DNA of 64,000 nt, taken from positions 65,515 through 129,514 of the IMG/VR virus record IMGVR_UViG_3300028591_003923; one strand, written 5' to 3'. Shown here piece by piece: positions 21,201 through 28,457 of this stretch. How positions within the stretch are numbered: the stretch's first letter is position 1; each line of letters starts with the position of its first letter. Source of the DNA: a virus. Lineage: Duplodnaviria; Caudoviricetes. The notes beneath the pieces are model-generated. The model saw only the letters and a program-made list of their open reading frames with translations. It ran no database searches and was not told the origin of the DNA. The position numbers and the translations under genes are program-made.

Positions 21201-22850
21201 GGAAATTACTTGGATGCAATACAAGAATCTTATGGAACATTAACTGAAGTTTATAATACTTTAAATGAATATGAAGAATATATTAATGATTTTGAAGAAT
21301 CTTTATTAAAAGGTTTTGAAGAAGAAATTAATAAGGAAATTGATAAGCAAGAAAAACTTAATTCTGCATTGACCGACGCCTTTAAGGATTTAATAGACGA
21401 GGTTAAACGTAGGCTTGACCAGCGTCGAGAAGTAGAAGATAATGCGAAAACAGAATCTGATATTAGTAAAAAACAACAACGTTTAGCCGTTTTACGTGCG
21501 GATACTTCAGGTGGTCATGCAAGTGAAATTAGGCAATTAGAACAAGAAATTGCAGACGCACAACAACAATACGGACGCACTTTAGAAGACCAATTACTTA
21601 ATAGATTACAAGAACAAGGCGATGAAGCTGCTAAGCAACGTGAACGTCAGATTAAACTTCTTGAAATCCAACGTGATTTAGCACAAGCATTAGGTACTAA
21701 TTTAGAAGAAGTTAAACGATTATTAGAAAATCCTGAAGAGAACTATGAACAGATTAGACAACTGTGGTTAACTAATCAAGGTTATGATGAAGCGCTACCA
21801 GAGAAACAAGAACAGTTGGAAAAAGATTGGCTTAATGCTTGGGATGAATATCGTGCTTCTGGAATAGCTTCAGAAGAGTTGCGAAAAGTATTAGGAAGCA
21901 ATGAACTTAATTTGCCAGCAGATTATCAAACAGCAGTTCAAGATGGCATAAAAAATATTTATGAGTTATTAGATGCTTATATTAATAAAGGAGTACCAGA
22001 AGCTGAAGTCAAAACCGATTCTGATTTTAATTTAAGTACAGCTAAGGAAAAGGGAATAAATGCTGCGAAAGCTTATGAATTGGCTCGTCAAAAAGATAAG
22101 AATATTACTTATGAAGATATTAAAAATGCGGGATATAATGCAGAAGATTTCAAAACAGCAGGAATTAGTGCACAAAATGTTTTTGATGCTGGAACCGAAT
22201 ATAATACTGCCAAAGATTTATACACAACTAAAGAATTAAAAGAAGCAGGTTATACTAAAGCACAAGAATTATTAGATGCAATTACTCAAATTAAAACCGC
22301 GGCAAAGAATCGTGTTACATATTGGAATAACTATCAAAAAAATGTAGACTTATTAAAGAAAAATGGGTTATCTAAAACTCAAAAGAAAACTTATAAAGCA
22401 CGTAGAGATAATTGGAAAGCTAAATATGAGGCAATTAATGATGAGATTGATAATCTAAAAGAAATAATTAATAGTCATAATGTAGTTGGAAAGCGTGTTA
22501 AAGAAGTTAAAAATGGTACAGTTACTTTTTATAAAACTGGTGGTCTTGCCACGGAAACAGGCCCAGCTTGGCTTGATGGTACTCGCGCAAAGCCTGAACT
22601 TGTACTTAATGCAACAGATACAAAGAACTTCATTGCATTAAAAGATGTACTTTCAAGTGTAATGAATGGAGTAAACAGTATGACCGATGTGTCTGACATA
22701 CAGGGCGCGCCGGTGACATACGATATCAACATTAACGTAGACCATTTAAATAACGATTATGATGTTGATAGAGTTGCTGATAGAGTTAAAAAGATTATTG
22801 TTCAAGACGCAAGCTACAGAAATGTAACTGCTGTTAGAAAATTTAGATAA
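12246..22850 (+). CDS. Tape measure protein (3534 aa)
   Basis: TP901-type core (ELDAAMTETAVV...FRDLDQVFLDI...AGSRQQSRF), hydrophobic Ala/Gly segments, long coiled coils, C-terminal GGL...GPAWLDG...PELVL motif. Confidence 0.9.
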   Translation: MADNVVDILLRARMEAGDVASGVNSIQKALNGLTLPKNVSGDLEKQFAKIGPLLKDYQKQLDKGFKTSKDLKNLELLKSKITDTFGEIKDRLQDVNGQEIRFKADTQEIAKLEKELDGLQTKLKDKIGGIYKSNQTDQSIKTNINNLQKALSVQFKSGNFKFPALKELTSGLRQALNTKDFVTFNSQIDNIRDKINSLSASSKINIADSLGLKYAANDANAAGREINKFLTSIQVNKTAANSIETLRTKITETGNTLQQLKFDSATRGAEALGNTSSGIDQLMNSLSGAGQSAEQAANGMLSMQQQVDQLKTSTQYFFSLRNMINLLKQGVSQAVDTIKELDAAMTETAVVVPEWDVGDMWAKLPEYTQNANKLGATVVDLYKATTLYYQQGLRGNEVMDIAAETMKMARIGGLEAADATDKMTAALRGFNMEINQESAQRINDVYSNLAANTASNTEELGTAMQRTASIAASAGMSFEGTAAFLAQAIETTREPAENLGTAMKTIVARFTELKKNPLEISEVDGEEVSYNKVDTALQSIGVSLKDTNGQFRDLDQVFLDISQRWDSLTQTQQRYIATQAAGSRQQSRFIAMMSNYQRTTELMDFANNSEGASQEQFEKTMESLEAKMNKLKNAWDAFLMGITDNQIVKGAVDGLTALVGGVNKLIDALSLGVGPLKSFMSLMAAFTGLKMGGRFVNSMIGGLGGLVDPASSFGAGFKSGMVGRGNPALASQIYNPIVAAIHELGAAMGRTFGNGSGANSLFNKTADQIRYDAYKAAHQEFKNIAFNRGEYENKNATVNDLTKALSKLDTKDQNFLGKAFFNTTNAARQAIFGGWNKKAYSFHGHGEGERAFGRISMPMLNKADKAIYADVKNNSLPLSEYFKRIQDPGVIRQALDNAKADTNSPIYKFVSNLDKGITERVTQAASSVEEKIKNSNLSDEKKQAALDKFKSGDFNQKARDAEIARMQAKGILPNGEETFKNSGVGKVLDHISGFGSSMASAGMGLRSFGSLLQQSANPAIATFGTALTTAGSLLSTIGMGVTGLTSAFSSASASISAATGLIGGAATALTAGLFALVGVVAAAIILENKRRADIKKRAEEITTNYKDKTKETSSNISDLQTWQDEMPRLAKGVDKNGNNINLDASDYQHYLEIVDRIAELNPEIVKGYNAQGHAIVDNNTALQKTLDLQKDNQRLAVEEYTSDDSIKALIEARDLNKTLGGYTGGKRTVGGKYTKINYQDSMLAPQKTMMEQAKKMVQSLTKAGLSNEDFKDFGIDLSALEQGNQAAISALSNNIDKIKIRAKAKMQEFGDEVSDSTKEAFDKSVSGFTNAASDLDEMITPLYDALSAKMSNSNAFQNIPDDMVTYFNQGLKNIAADSKLSFDEMMSESRALSNEFVNLTAKGTDYDKAMDKIAKAQEKFGENLDTAAYDKAADDVVKDLNKIKDGVDSTSTYGQALTEFLDNQIAQVRDFTKDGVANVAEALNTMTDRISAAEGALESFKKVEEGSNFSTAADNLKEIYDTVTEKGSNGEANKHAAGLGDQSYWAAAEAIFGRDNLKSKDKAAVDKMFSGISKMMQEGETGALAFRDKWVSARKELEKINGLTLHESGWLKEIDEDVNPEAFKEIADTLGMSEDTLTAMLNKARQFVNLDFSDLADVRKGLATSESTITGIEPKNGKGKRSLYIKEEALYAEFANAGITNINEQEKYRKRLESEQNVKTITEAAKIGIEEFKDMGIHSQESLISILNDTGQFTKDEIQEYAESYSKAKFNKEEFDKQFAADEALKDPVAGAQLESLKSLDAAVATIVDILGNQRIAEGHLDNPRAEKAEKMLFGENGNDTEAQRFWQGKNAEGGLISRNDYIATGKSLDSFIAETNEYLQELEEGRKNAKTGKERDKFRDEIERFEYMLERAKVYRDEAEGNYHKTNDKKIAKVNEETNGFLDGKTWEDFKGKKGNILDTLYQASQEPISAVTDSLITELHNAGLHLKDAYEAGLITDEAYKAYTQKAKKDRQKRNDAEQQGKDEADEETNKKEQEKRQKEAAEKARIAAEQRERENAAKNESTETEKQIQEDFKKQQQEEAAKKARVAAEQRARENAAKFTNTEEQGAFDQYTPEEAQKAGQNLKNWWNNLFKSFKMDTSENALGFSSEDIDTSGLDSAAEGAKDVADGAKAASDELEKNKNSITNVASAVTSGLNYANKGVKTFVQNAKEASSSSLQGKPKEKGTTIPGVGYVDKSGKIITGNGSKKEEPKKAIPENQTVTLKIDADYTQVTAAKKEINSTIKLANKGAELKVTSTNDVESTQKKMSQVQKQASKGVKGGKVSFSTSADTSGAYKGIDSIVNKANKTTAKVKVTSVKADGAYDAINALKSYAEKSVSFGVNVKPGQKRSFSVSVKADYLGQNNTGAIPSLSNLGSAATGTSKPGTGRLGPKGRGGLTLTGELGYEVAWLPRQHRSMILGVNGPEMVNLPGDAVVWNHEQSKQIVKKNQIPSGSAAIGAGSMDATSEDWPDSLGEEKKKGSKKKGKNSNSDKENKKNSKKTGKAVDQWIKWAGKIGKITNWWENISRKVEGAQRIVDKNQKDFEKVLKAVGTTLSSIQGSIDKYQKSLETSIKVNQEIYDHYTTRLENFDKNGGSRTKINKYNTTSEKASQLKASIDAAGSKGKVKYGGKKISVKSARKKLKQLNNTAKKQKKNAVAPEGVATVTWDDTAIVKKGSKKKKQKVKRKAAIDFSEIVYFDPETGAYIADTDKINNAAKIKKGKNKGKVNKKEAQAIQKKANEYIDTATQRRNTAEDKINAAREALNKLADDTYNMFNRWEKSLTETYLISKKLEALQKKSDIYDAQKEYITARTSAGYHTEESFDQLQKVLIDKQNNLVEQLHANVDNIEASFSAYQKSLNFQEYYDNFLIPNLKGINGESETANNDIKAAKIVFDLMKEYGLNSVDTFDPGKIKEIYKQYAENEYNNETDTAVQKVIDRIAENQGNYLDAIQESYGTLTEVYNTLNEYEEYINDFEESLLKGFEEEINKEIDKQEKLNSALTDAFKDLIDEVKRRLDQRREVEDNAKTESDISKKQQRLAVLRADTSGGHASEIRQLEQEIADAQQQYGRTLEDQLLNRLQEQGDEAAKQRERQIKLLEIQRDLAQALGTNLEEVKRLLENPEENYEQIRQLWLTNQGYDEALPEKQEQLEKDWLNAWDEYRASGIASEELRKVLGSNELNLPADYQTAVQDGIKNIYELLDAYINKGVPEAEVKTDSDFNLSTAKEKGINAAKAYELARQKDKNITYEDIKNAGYNAEDFKTAGISAQNVFDAGTEYNTAKDLYTTKELKEAGYTKAQELLDAITQIKTAAKNRVTYWNNYQKNVDLLKKNGLSKTQKKTYKARRDNWKAKYEAINDEIDNLKEIINSHNVVGKRVKEVKNGTVTFYKTGGLATETGPAWLDGTRAKPELVLNATDTKNFIALKDVLSSVMNGVNSMTDVSDIQGAPVTYDININVDHLNNDYDVDRVADRVKKIIVQDASYRNVTAVRKFR
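18365..18547 (+). repeat. Imperfect 120-nt (40-aa) period repeat within tape measure
   Basis: KEAAEKARIAAEQRERENAAK and EEAAKKARVAAEQRARENAAK. Confidence 0.7.
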
Positions 22851-22885
22851 AAAAAAGAGAGGGGACAATTAAGTCCCCTCTTTTA
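22851..22885. terminator. Bidirectional terminator between convergent structural and replication blocks
   Basis: AAAAGAGAGGGGAC-aattaa-GTCCCCTCTTTT, with A-run and T-run flanks. Confidence 0.8.
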
Positions 22886-22893
22886 TTATACTT

Positions 22894-23283
22894 TTATTCA
22901 TTCATAAACGGCATAAGAGCTTCAAGCTGTTCTGGTGTGCACTGAAGATTATCTCCAAGATCTGCAAGTGTAAGATTAAGGTTATCAATCTCTACAGTCA
23001 TATTCTGTAAATCTTCAAGAGCTTGATTACATTCAGAAATTTTGTCTTCCTGAATAAGAATCTGGTCACCATCTTCTGAAAACTTAACCTGTCCTGCTTC
23101 ATCCTTTTGCGCGTATTTGTCAACAATTTCTTGGAATTTAGTTGAATAGAACTCAGCTTCTTGTTCTACTGCTTTCTTAATCTTATTAATTTTATAAGCT
23201 CCCTTCAGTGGAATAACAGTTGTACCGAAGAAGTCATCGCTATTTCTAAAATCCATAAGCTGTTCCATTGTTACTTGTGCCAT
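22894..23283 (-). CDS. DUF1617-like phage protein
   Basis: P.K.AY...K...KYAQKDEAG pattern; AAGGAGG RBS favours start at 23283 (MAQVT). Confidence 0.5.
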   Translation of the reverse strand: MAQVTMEQLMDFRNSDDFFGTTVIPLKGAYKINKIKKAVEQEAEFYSTKFQEIVDKYAQKDEAGQVKFSEDGDQILIQEDKISECNQALEDLQNMTVEIDNLNLTLADLGDNLQCTPEQLEALMPFMNE

Positions 23284-23299
23284 AAGTTTATTCCTCCTT

Positions 23300-24028
23300 T
23301 TATTCCCAGTTGAATACTTCAACTTTTTTCTTATGATTATCTGTTATATATTTACCAATTCCTATTGCGTCTGCAACATCATCAGAAACGGTAATATCAA
23401 ACCATTGCTTTACAATGTTTTGCATTGAACGTTTTTTATCACTTCTCGTTCGTCCTTTTACGCCACAGTTGGCGCGCCATGTGCCTGGAGGACAAATGAT
23501 ATAATCTATCTTCTGTTCTGCACAAGCTGCCATTAAAATTCCTTGCAAACGAGCAAGTGTACGATAGGTTGTTACACCCATTGAATTGTTATGCTGTTGT
23601 AGTTGTATATCTTCCATACCGATTATGTCTGGTTTCCAATTTTGAATAAGTTGGATAAGCCAGTTGCGGACTTCTAAATCACGGGTTATTTCTTCTTCTG
23701 CGGTTGTTTGAAAAGTTCCTGCATGAACTAGTTCACCGTTGTCAAAAATTGAATAACCTGTAATATGAGTAGCTTGGTCTAAACCAATTACTCTTTCAAC
23801 GTTGCGTCCTTTTGGTAAAACATCTGTTCCAAAATTATAGTATTTATTTTGCTCACAAATTGGACATTTCCACTTGTCTCTAATTTTTTTATATGGAGCG
23901 TAGACTTTGTGTCCTTCGTTACATATGAATTCCATATCTGTATTTAAATTTACATACTTTTCAGAGACAAGTTGCCAATTATGTTCTATCGCCGCCTTTC
24001 TTATATCATCTATATTAATTTTACTCAC
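23300..24028 (-). CDS. ruvC: RuvC-like Holliday junction resolvase with N-terminal zinc ribbon
   Basis: IGLDQAT..GYSIF, GMED and DDVADAIGI catalytic motifs; N-terminal C..GH...CPIC. Confidence 0.8.
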   Translation of the reverse strand: MSKINIDDIRKAAIEHNWQLVSEKYVNLNTDMEFICNEGHKVYAPYKKIRDKWKCPICEQNKYYNFGTDVLPKGRNVERVIGLDQATHITGYSIFDNGELVHAGTFQTTAEEEITRDLEVRNWLIQLIQNWKPDIIGMEDIQLQQHNNSMGVTTYRTLARLQGILMAACAEQKIDYIICPPGTWRANCGVKGRTRSDKKRSMQNIVKQWFDITVSDDVADAIGIGKYITDNHKKKVEVFNWE

Positions 24029-24959
24029 CGGTATGTCCGAAGCCGCCGCCTCTGTTCTCTCCTAAATTAGCTACCGAATCGACTTGTGTAAAGATTGCTG
24101 TTGGAACTTGAACAAGTCTCATCTGTGCAAAACGTTGTCCCTCGGTAATTGTATAAGCTTGACCGTGAAGTATAGATTTGATATGAACTTCTCCGTTTTC
24201 GTCAAAGTCATAATCTATGTCTTTGAAAGGTGGCTCTATGTTTTCTACAATAACACCGATTTCATCTCTATATCCACTATCAATTAAGCCAGGGGTGTTA
24301 GCAATTCTAAGTTTTGTTTTAACTGATTGTCCTGAACGTGGCTGGATGAGAATTGCATATCCAGTAGGGATGGCCATCTTAATGCCGGTTGGAATAATAA
24401 CAGTCTCACCAGGGCCAATAGTATATTCCGCTGGACTGTATATATCCAGTCCTGCGTCTCCTTCGTTTGCATATTGCGGCAGGTTGACGTTTTCTGCGAT
24501 TTCACAGGGAATAATTATCGATTCGTGTGCGCGCCCAGTAAGTTTTTGAATTTTATTGGTTAATAAAGTTATAAATTGTTTAAGTAAATCTTTTTTACTT
24601 TCTGATAAGAAATTAATTTCATCAAAGGCTTCAAGGATAGAATTCGTATCAGACATGATTTTACTATAATCGTATTCTTCTGAAAGAATTAGGGCAAATA
24701 GTTCACGTTCTGACTGTTTTTCGTTTAATGTATCAGCAAATAGTTGAAGCATTTGTGGTTTAAGTTCTTCAAACTTATCTTCTGGTAGGGCAAACAAAGA
24801 TTGAAACATTTCCAAGCCGCCCATCATATCTATTGCATCTTTGTTATCTTCATAGAAGTTTAAAATGTCCTTATCTTCAGTTTCGGTTTTGGTTTCATCT
24901 ACTGTTACTTCTAAATCTTTCCCGCCTTCAATAACTTCTAATTTTGGTTCATCACTCAT
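24021..24959 (-). CDS. dut: Trimeric dUTPase with about 140-aa N-terminal extension
   Basis: Motifs AGLDI, PRSG, GLIDSGYRDEIGV, FAQM, RGGGFGHTG. Confidence 0.9.
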   Translation of the reverse strand: MSDEPKLEVIEGGKDLEVTVDETKTETEDKDILNFYEDNKDAIDMMGGLEMFQSLFALPEDKFEELKPQMLQLFADTLNEKQSERELFALILSEEYDYSKIMSDTNSILEAFDEINFLSESKKDLLKQFITLLTNKIQKLTGRAHESIIIPCEIAENVNLPQYANEGDAGLDIYSPAEYTIGPGETVIIPTGIKMAIPTGYAILIQPRSGQSVKTKLRIANTPGLIDSGYRDEIGVIVENIEPPFKDIDYDFDENGEVHIKSILHGQAYTITEGQRFAQMRLVQVPTAIFTQVDSVANLGENRGGGFGHTGE

Positions 24960-25170
24960 CGTCCCATACTCCTCCGAGCACCTTAGTTACTTTTACAACC
25001 CAGGCCTCGTCTATAATCTCGCCTTTAGCTTTCTTTGTTTTATACGTATAGCCGCTTGCGCCAAGTACGTATCCATTGTCCATAGCATCCTGACGGTAAT
25101 GCTCAATCAGCGCAATGGCCTGTTCTTCACTATCTGTACGATATTCTTCAGTTTGTTTTAGAATCTTCAT
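24952..25170 (-). CDS. Hypothetical protein
   Basis: 72 aa, overlaps both neighbours, AGGAG RBS. Confidence 0.6.
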   Translation of the reverse strand: MKILKQTEEYRTDSEEQAIALIEHYRQDAMDNGYVLGASGYTYKTKKAKGEIIDEAWVVKVTKVLGGVWDDE

Positions 25171-26014
25171 TGTTTTCTCCTGTAAAATAAATTAATTCAT
25201 AAGCATAAGGTAATGTTTTTATCCAATCGCAAAAGTCATGCCACTCTTGCAATTTATGGTCTTTTCTTTGGAAATACATGTTACGTAAATTTGCATATGA
25301 CATTGTTACTGTACGTGTTTGAAGCCAAGCTTCAGGTAACGTCTGTACAAGTGCGCGCCAGTAACGTTTATCATTTGTTTCAAGATATTTATCACGTAAA
25401 TTGTTACAAATTGTTAGTATATCATCTATACAATCTTCAAAAGTAAGTTCCCAATCGCCATCTATTGAGTGTCCTTCTGTAACTATTATATCTGTATTAT
25501 CAAATGCGAACATGTCTTTAGTAATTTTATTTTTGGTGAGTGTATGCATTGTAGATGTAGAATTAGCTGTTGTACCAATTTTATATGTATCAAACTCTTT
25601 CCACCAATATAGTGGCATTGTTATATCTACTGTTACAAATATCTGACGAAGGAATTTACAATGCTCTGGACCTGACTTAATCAGACGCTGCGCGAGGTTT
25701 AAATCATTTGGTCCAATAAAAGCAAACTGCTCAATACTATAGTCTTCATCAATAATTCCTTGTCCCCAAAGCCAATCCATATAGCGTTTCCACAGTTCTT
25801 CGTAGACGCCTTCACCTGGACCGCTTTCTATATTTCTGCTTTTGAGTTCTTGTTCTACCCAAATGTCTACTACATCTGCGCAACGGTCTACCATATGTTC
25901 TGCATTATCATATCCAAACAAACTGTCAGACCTATCCCATGAATTAAGTGGGTTTCTCATTCCTCTCAACGCATTTTCAAAGTTAAATACCTGTGTATAA
26001 GTAAATTTGTCCAT
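25148..26014 (-). CDS. ThyX-like (FAD-dependent thymidylate synthase fold) protein
   Basis: GPEH.KFLRQ, PLYWWKEFDTY, LP...LQTRTV and QRKDHKL.EW patterns of phage ThyX-like proteins; the canonical RHR..S motif is absent. Confidence 0.55.
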   Translation of the reverse strand: MDKFTYTQVFNFENALRGMRNPLNSWDRSDSLFGYDNAEHMVDRCADVVDIWVEQELKSRNIESGPGEGVYEELWKRYMDWLWGQGIIDEDYSIEQFAFIGPNDLNLAQRLIKSGPEHCKFLRQIFVTVDITMPLYWWKEFDTYKIGTTANSTSTMHTLTKNKITKDMFAFDNTDIIVTEGHSIDGDWELTFEDCIDDILTICNNLRDKYLETNDKRYWRALVQTLPEAWLQTRTVTMSYANLRNMYFQRKDHKLQEWHDFCDWIKTLPYAYELIYFTGENNEDSKTN

Positions 26015-26046
26015 ATTCTTACCTCTTTTCTTATCTTTCTATATAT

Positions 26047-26075
26047 ATTATATCATAAAAAAATTTTTTTTTCAA
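26047..26075 (-). promoter_or_regulatory. SigmaA-type promoter for ThyX-like operon
   Basis: TTGAAA-17-TATAAT with extended TG, followed by ATATATAGAAAG. Confidence 0.75.
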
Positions 26076-26091
26076 ATTTTAAAACAAAAGG

Positions 26092-28224
26092 CTAGGACTC
26101 TTGCCTAGCCTTGAACATACGATAATTAAGAATAGTAAGTACTAATTGGTCTACAAAGAATATGAAGAACAATATAGTCCATTGGTCAAACCATCCCATT
26201 GGATATGAGAAGTTTGTTGTAAGGAAGAAAATTACTATTGAAAGTAAAGCCATTACAAAACTTAAAATACGATGTATGTGTTTTGTTTGATAATCACGTT
26301 GGTCTTGGTCTTTTTTACGATTGTATTTGACGATTACGAACGCTGCCATTATTATGATTAACAGAGTGAAAAGAAGGTTAAATAATGCCCATTGTCTTTT
26401 CATTCCCCTGCGCGCTGCTAATGGAGGCATGCCATCTTCAAGTTCTTCAACCTCTTCTTCTAACTTATCAACCTTTTTATTATTTTCGGTTATGTAGTTT
26501 TTAGTAACGTATCTATTAATAATTGTGGTCGGGTGCACTGTACGATTAATTACAGTTGGTTTTGTAATAATGTGTTTTGTAATTACTTTTTCATCGTAAT
26601 ATTTTTTAATGATTACTTTTGTTTTTGTATCGTCTTCTTCTTTTTCCTCAGGGTCATCTGGCGTTGGCTCAGGATCATCTGGTTTGTCAGGAATAATTTC
26701 TTTTTCTTCCCATGTAGCTTTGTAAGTTGCGTCTTTTGTTACATCTTCAATTTCTGGAGTCCAGCCAGTAAAGATATATGTATATTGAATTGTCGGCTGT
26801 CTATATGGAATCGGTGCTTTAATGTCTTCTGCGGCCGTACCATATTCGTAATCATCTTGTGACAGCTGCGTGTCATCGTAGTCTACGAACTTTACTGTGT
26901 AAATATTTGTAATTAAGTTATAAACTGCGGTATAATCTTTATTTTTTGTCGCAGGAGTAATATCAGAATCCCAACCGATGAATTTGTACGTATACTGCGC
27001 GCTGGCGTCCTTGGATGGGGTTTCACCGTCGTATTTTGGTAGCTCACCGTAAGGCACCATTTTATTAGTAGAAAGTGTATCACCGTTATCATCTAACCAA
27101 TTAATTGTGAAATATTTAGCGTATACATGAACATTCTTTTCGTCTTTTACAGGTTCTCTAACAATATATGAGTTAGGGATTGTAATTATTTCGTCTTCGT
27201 TAATTGGTATTTCCTTGCCTTCGTAAAACCATTTCAATGGTTCTGGCGCCTTGTCATAAAGATTTATATTTTCATAAGTCGTAACTGTGTCTACTTTATT
27301 TTCTCTATAGTGATAATGCACATTTAATGGTGGCTGATATTCATATACGGCTGTAAATTCTATTTCTTCATTTTCACCTACGTCTGCATATGCTTTAGTA
27401 AATGTATCACCTGCATAGTATTTATCATCACCATTTTCCCAGTAAAGAAACGTATAATGTTCTGGTATGTCTGCTGGTACTTTAAAGGTGTGTTTATATT
27501 CTACAAAAGTGTTATCATTTGACCATGAGCCACTGCCGTGTGCAACATTATCAGTATAGATTACATTTAATTTTTTAATTTTTTCAACATCATATTTTGC
27601 ATTGAAATAATAATGTGTATCTTCAGTAATATCTTTAATAGTTAATGGTAATTCATTGTCCCAACCGGTAAAAGTATAAACAAAACCATTGTGTTCAAAA
27701 TGCCTATACTTTGAAATATTATCATCAAAAGCACCTGCTTTTATAGTCCAACCTACACCAGCAGACATGTTTTGTGATATAACATCTTCAACTTCTTCCG
27801 CCTGTTGATTTAAATACCTAGTATGTACCGTTGCGATTGGAACAGGGTTATATACTGCTTCATAATATATATGTGTTTCTGCTTCGTAATCTTTATTATA
27901 AATATATACTCTTTCAGTTGAAGCTACACCATCTTGTGGTGTATCTGGCCCAACCCACCTTTTAGCAAACACATATTCTCTTCCGTTTTCGGTATATTTT
28001 TTAGGGATAGTATCGGGTATTATTTTATTTATAACTTTTGAAGCACTGTCGCTATTACTTTTAACTTGTTGTGACCAAGTCTTTTCTGCATATTCTGTTG
28101 CTGAAGTTTTATATTTGAAGTGATAAGTGACGGTAAATGGATACTCTACTTCAGCAAACACTATATTAGTTGTAGATAAAACTACCAATATAGCTAATAA
28201 TATTATAAAAATTCTATTCTTCAT
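26092..28224 (-). CDS. Secreted, C-terminally membrane-anchored surface protein with InlB B-repeat-like domains
   Basis: Signal peptide ending VFA|E; repeats Y.Y.F.GW...Y.A.(Y/W); P/D/E linker; EDGMPPLA motif; three C-terminal TM helices. Confidence 0.75.
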   Translation of the reverse strand: MKNRIFIILLAILVVLSTTNIVFAEVEYPFTVTYHFKYKTSATEYAEKTWSQQVKSNSDSASKVINKIIPDTIPKKYTENGREYVFAKRWVGPDTPQDGVASTERVYIYNKDYEAETHIYYEAVYNPVPIATVHTRYLNQQAEEVEDVISQNMSAGVGWTIKAGAFDDNISKYRHFEHNGFVYTFTGWDNELPLTIKDITEDTHYYFNAKYDVEKIKKLNVIYTDNVAHGSGSWSNDNTFVEYKHTFKVPADIPEHYTFLYWENGDDKYYAGDTFTKAYADVGENEEIEFTAVYEYQPPLNVHYHYRENKVDTVTTYENINLYDKAPEPLKWFYEGKEIPINEDEIITIPNSYIVREPVKDEKNVHVYAKYFTINWLDDNGDTLSTNKMVPYGELPKYDGETPSKDASAQYTYKFIGWDSDITPATKNKDYTAVYNLITNIYTVKFVDYDDTQLSQDDYEYGTAAEDIKAPIPYRQPTIQYTYIFTGWTPEIEDVTKDATYKATWEEKEIIPDKPDDPEPTPDDPEEKEEDDTKTKVIIKKYYDEKVITKHIITKPTVINRTVHPTTIINRYVTKNYITENNKKVDKLEEEVEELEDGMPPLAARRGMKRQWALFNLLFTLLIIIMAAFVIVKYNRKKDQDQRDYQTKHIHRILSFVMALLSIVIFFLTTNFSYPMGWFDQWTILFFIFFVDQLVLTILNYRMFKARQES

Positions 28225-28456
28225 TTTTCGTTTCTCCTTCTATATGGTTTTCAGCCTCCGCAGCTTGAAGTCCTTCAGTGTAGCCACAAGCATGCTGCCT
28301 ACGGAGTTCTTGTTTTATGTTATTTGCTATGTCTGGAAAACAGCTAGCAATTATAAACTCAAAAGTAACTTCTTTGAGTTTGGCTTTTCTGGCGGCTTGA
28401 TAAACCTTTTGAAAGGTTTTAAAATCTACTGTTATTTTTGGTATTTCTGGTTCCAT
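28214..28456 (-). CDS. Hypothetical protein
   Basis: 80 aa, tightly coupled between nrdG and the surface-protein gene. Confidence 0.55.
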   Translation of the reverse strand: MEPEIPKITVDFKTFQKVYQAARKAKLKEVTFEFIIASCFPDIANNIKQELRRQHACGYTEGLQAAEAENHIEGETKNEE

Positions 28457-28457
28457 T

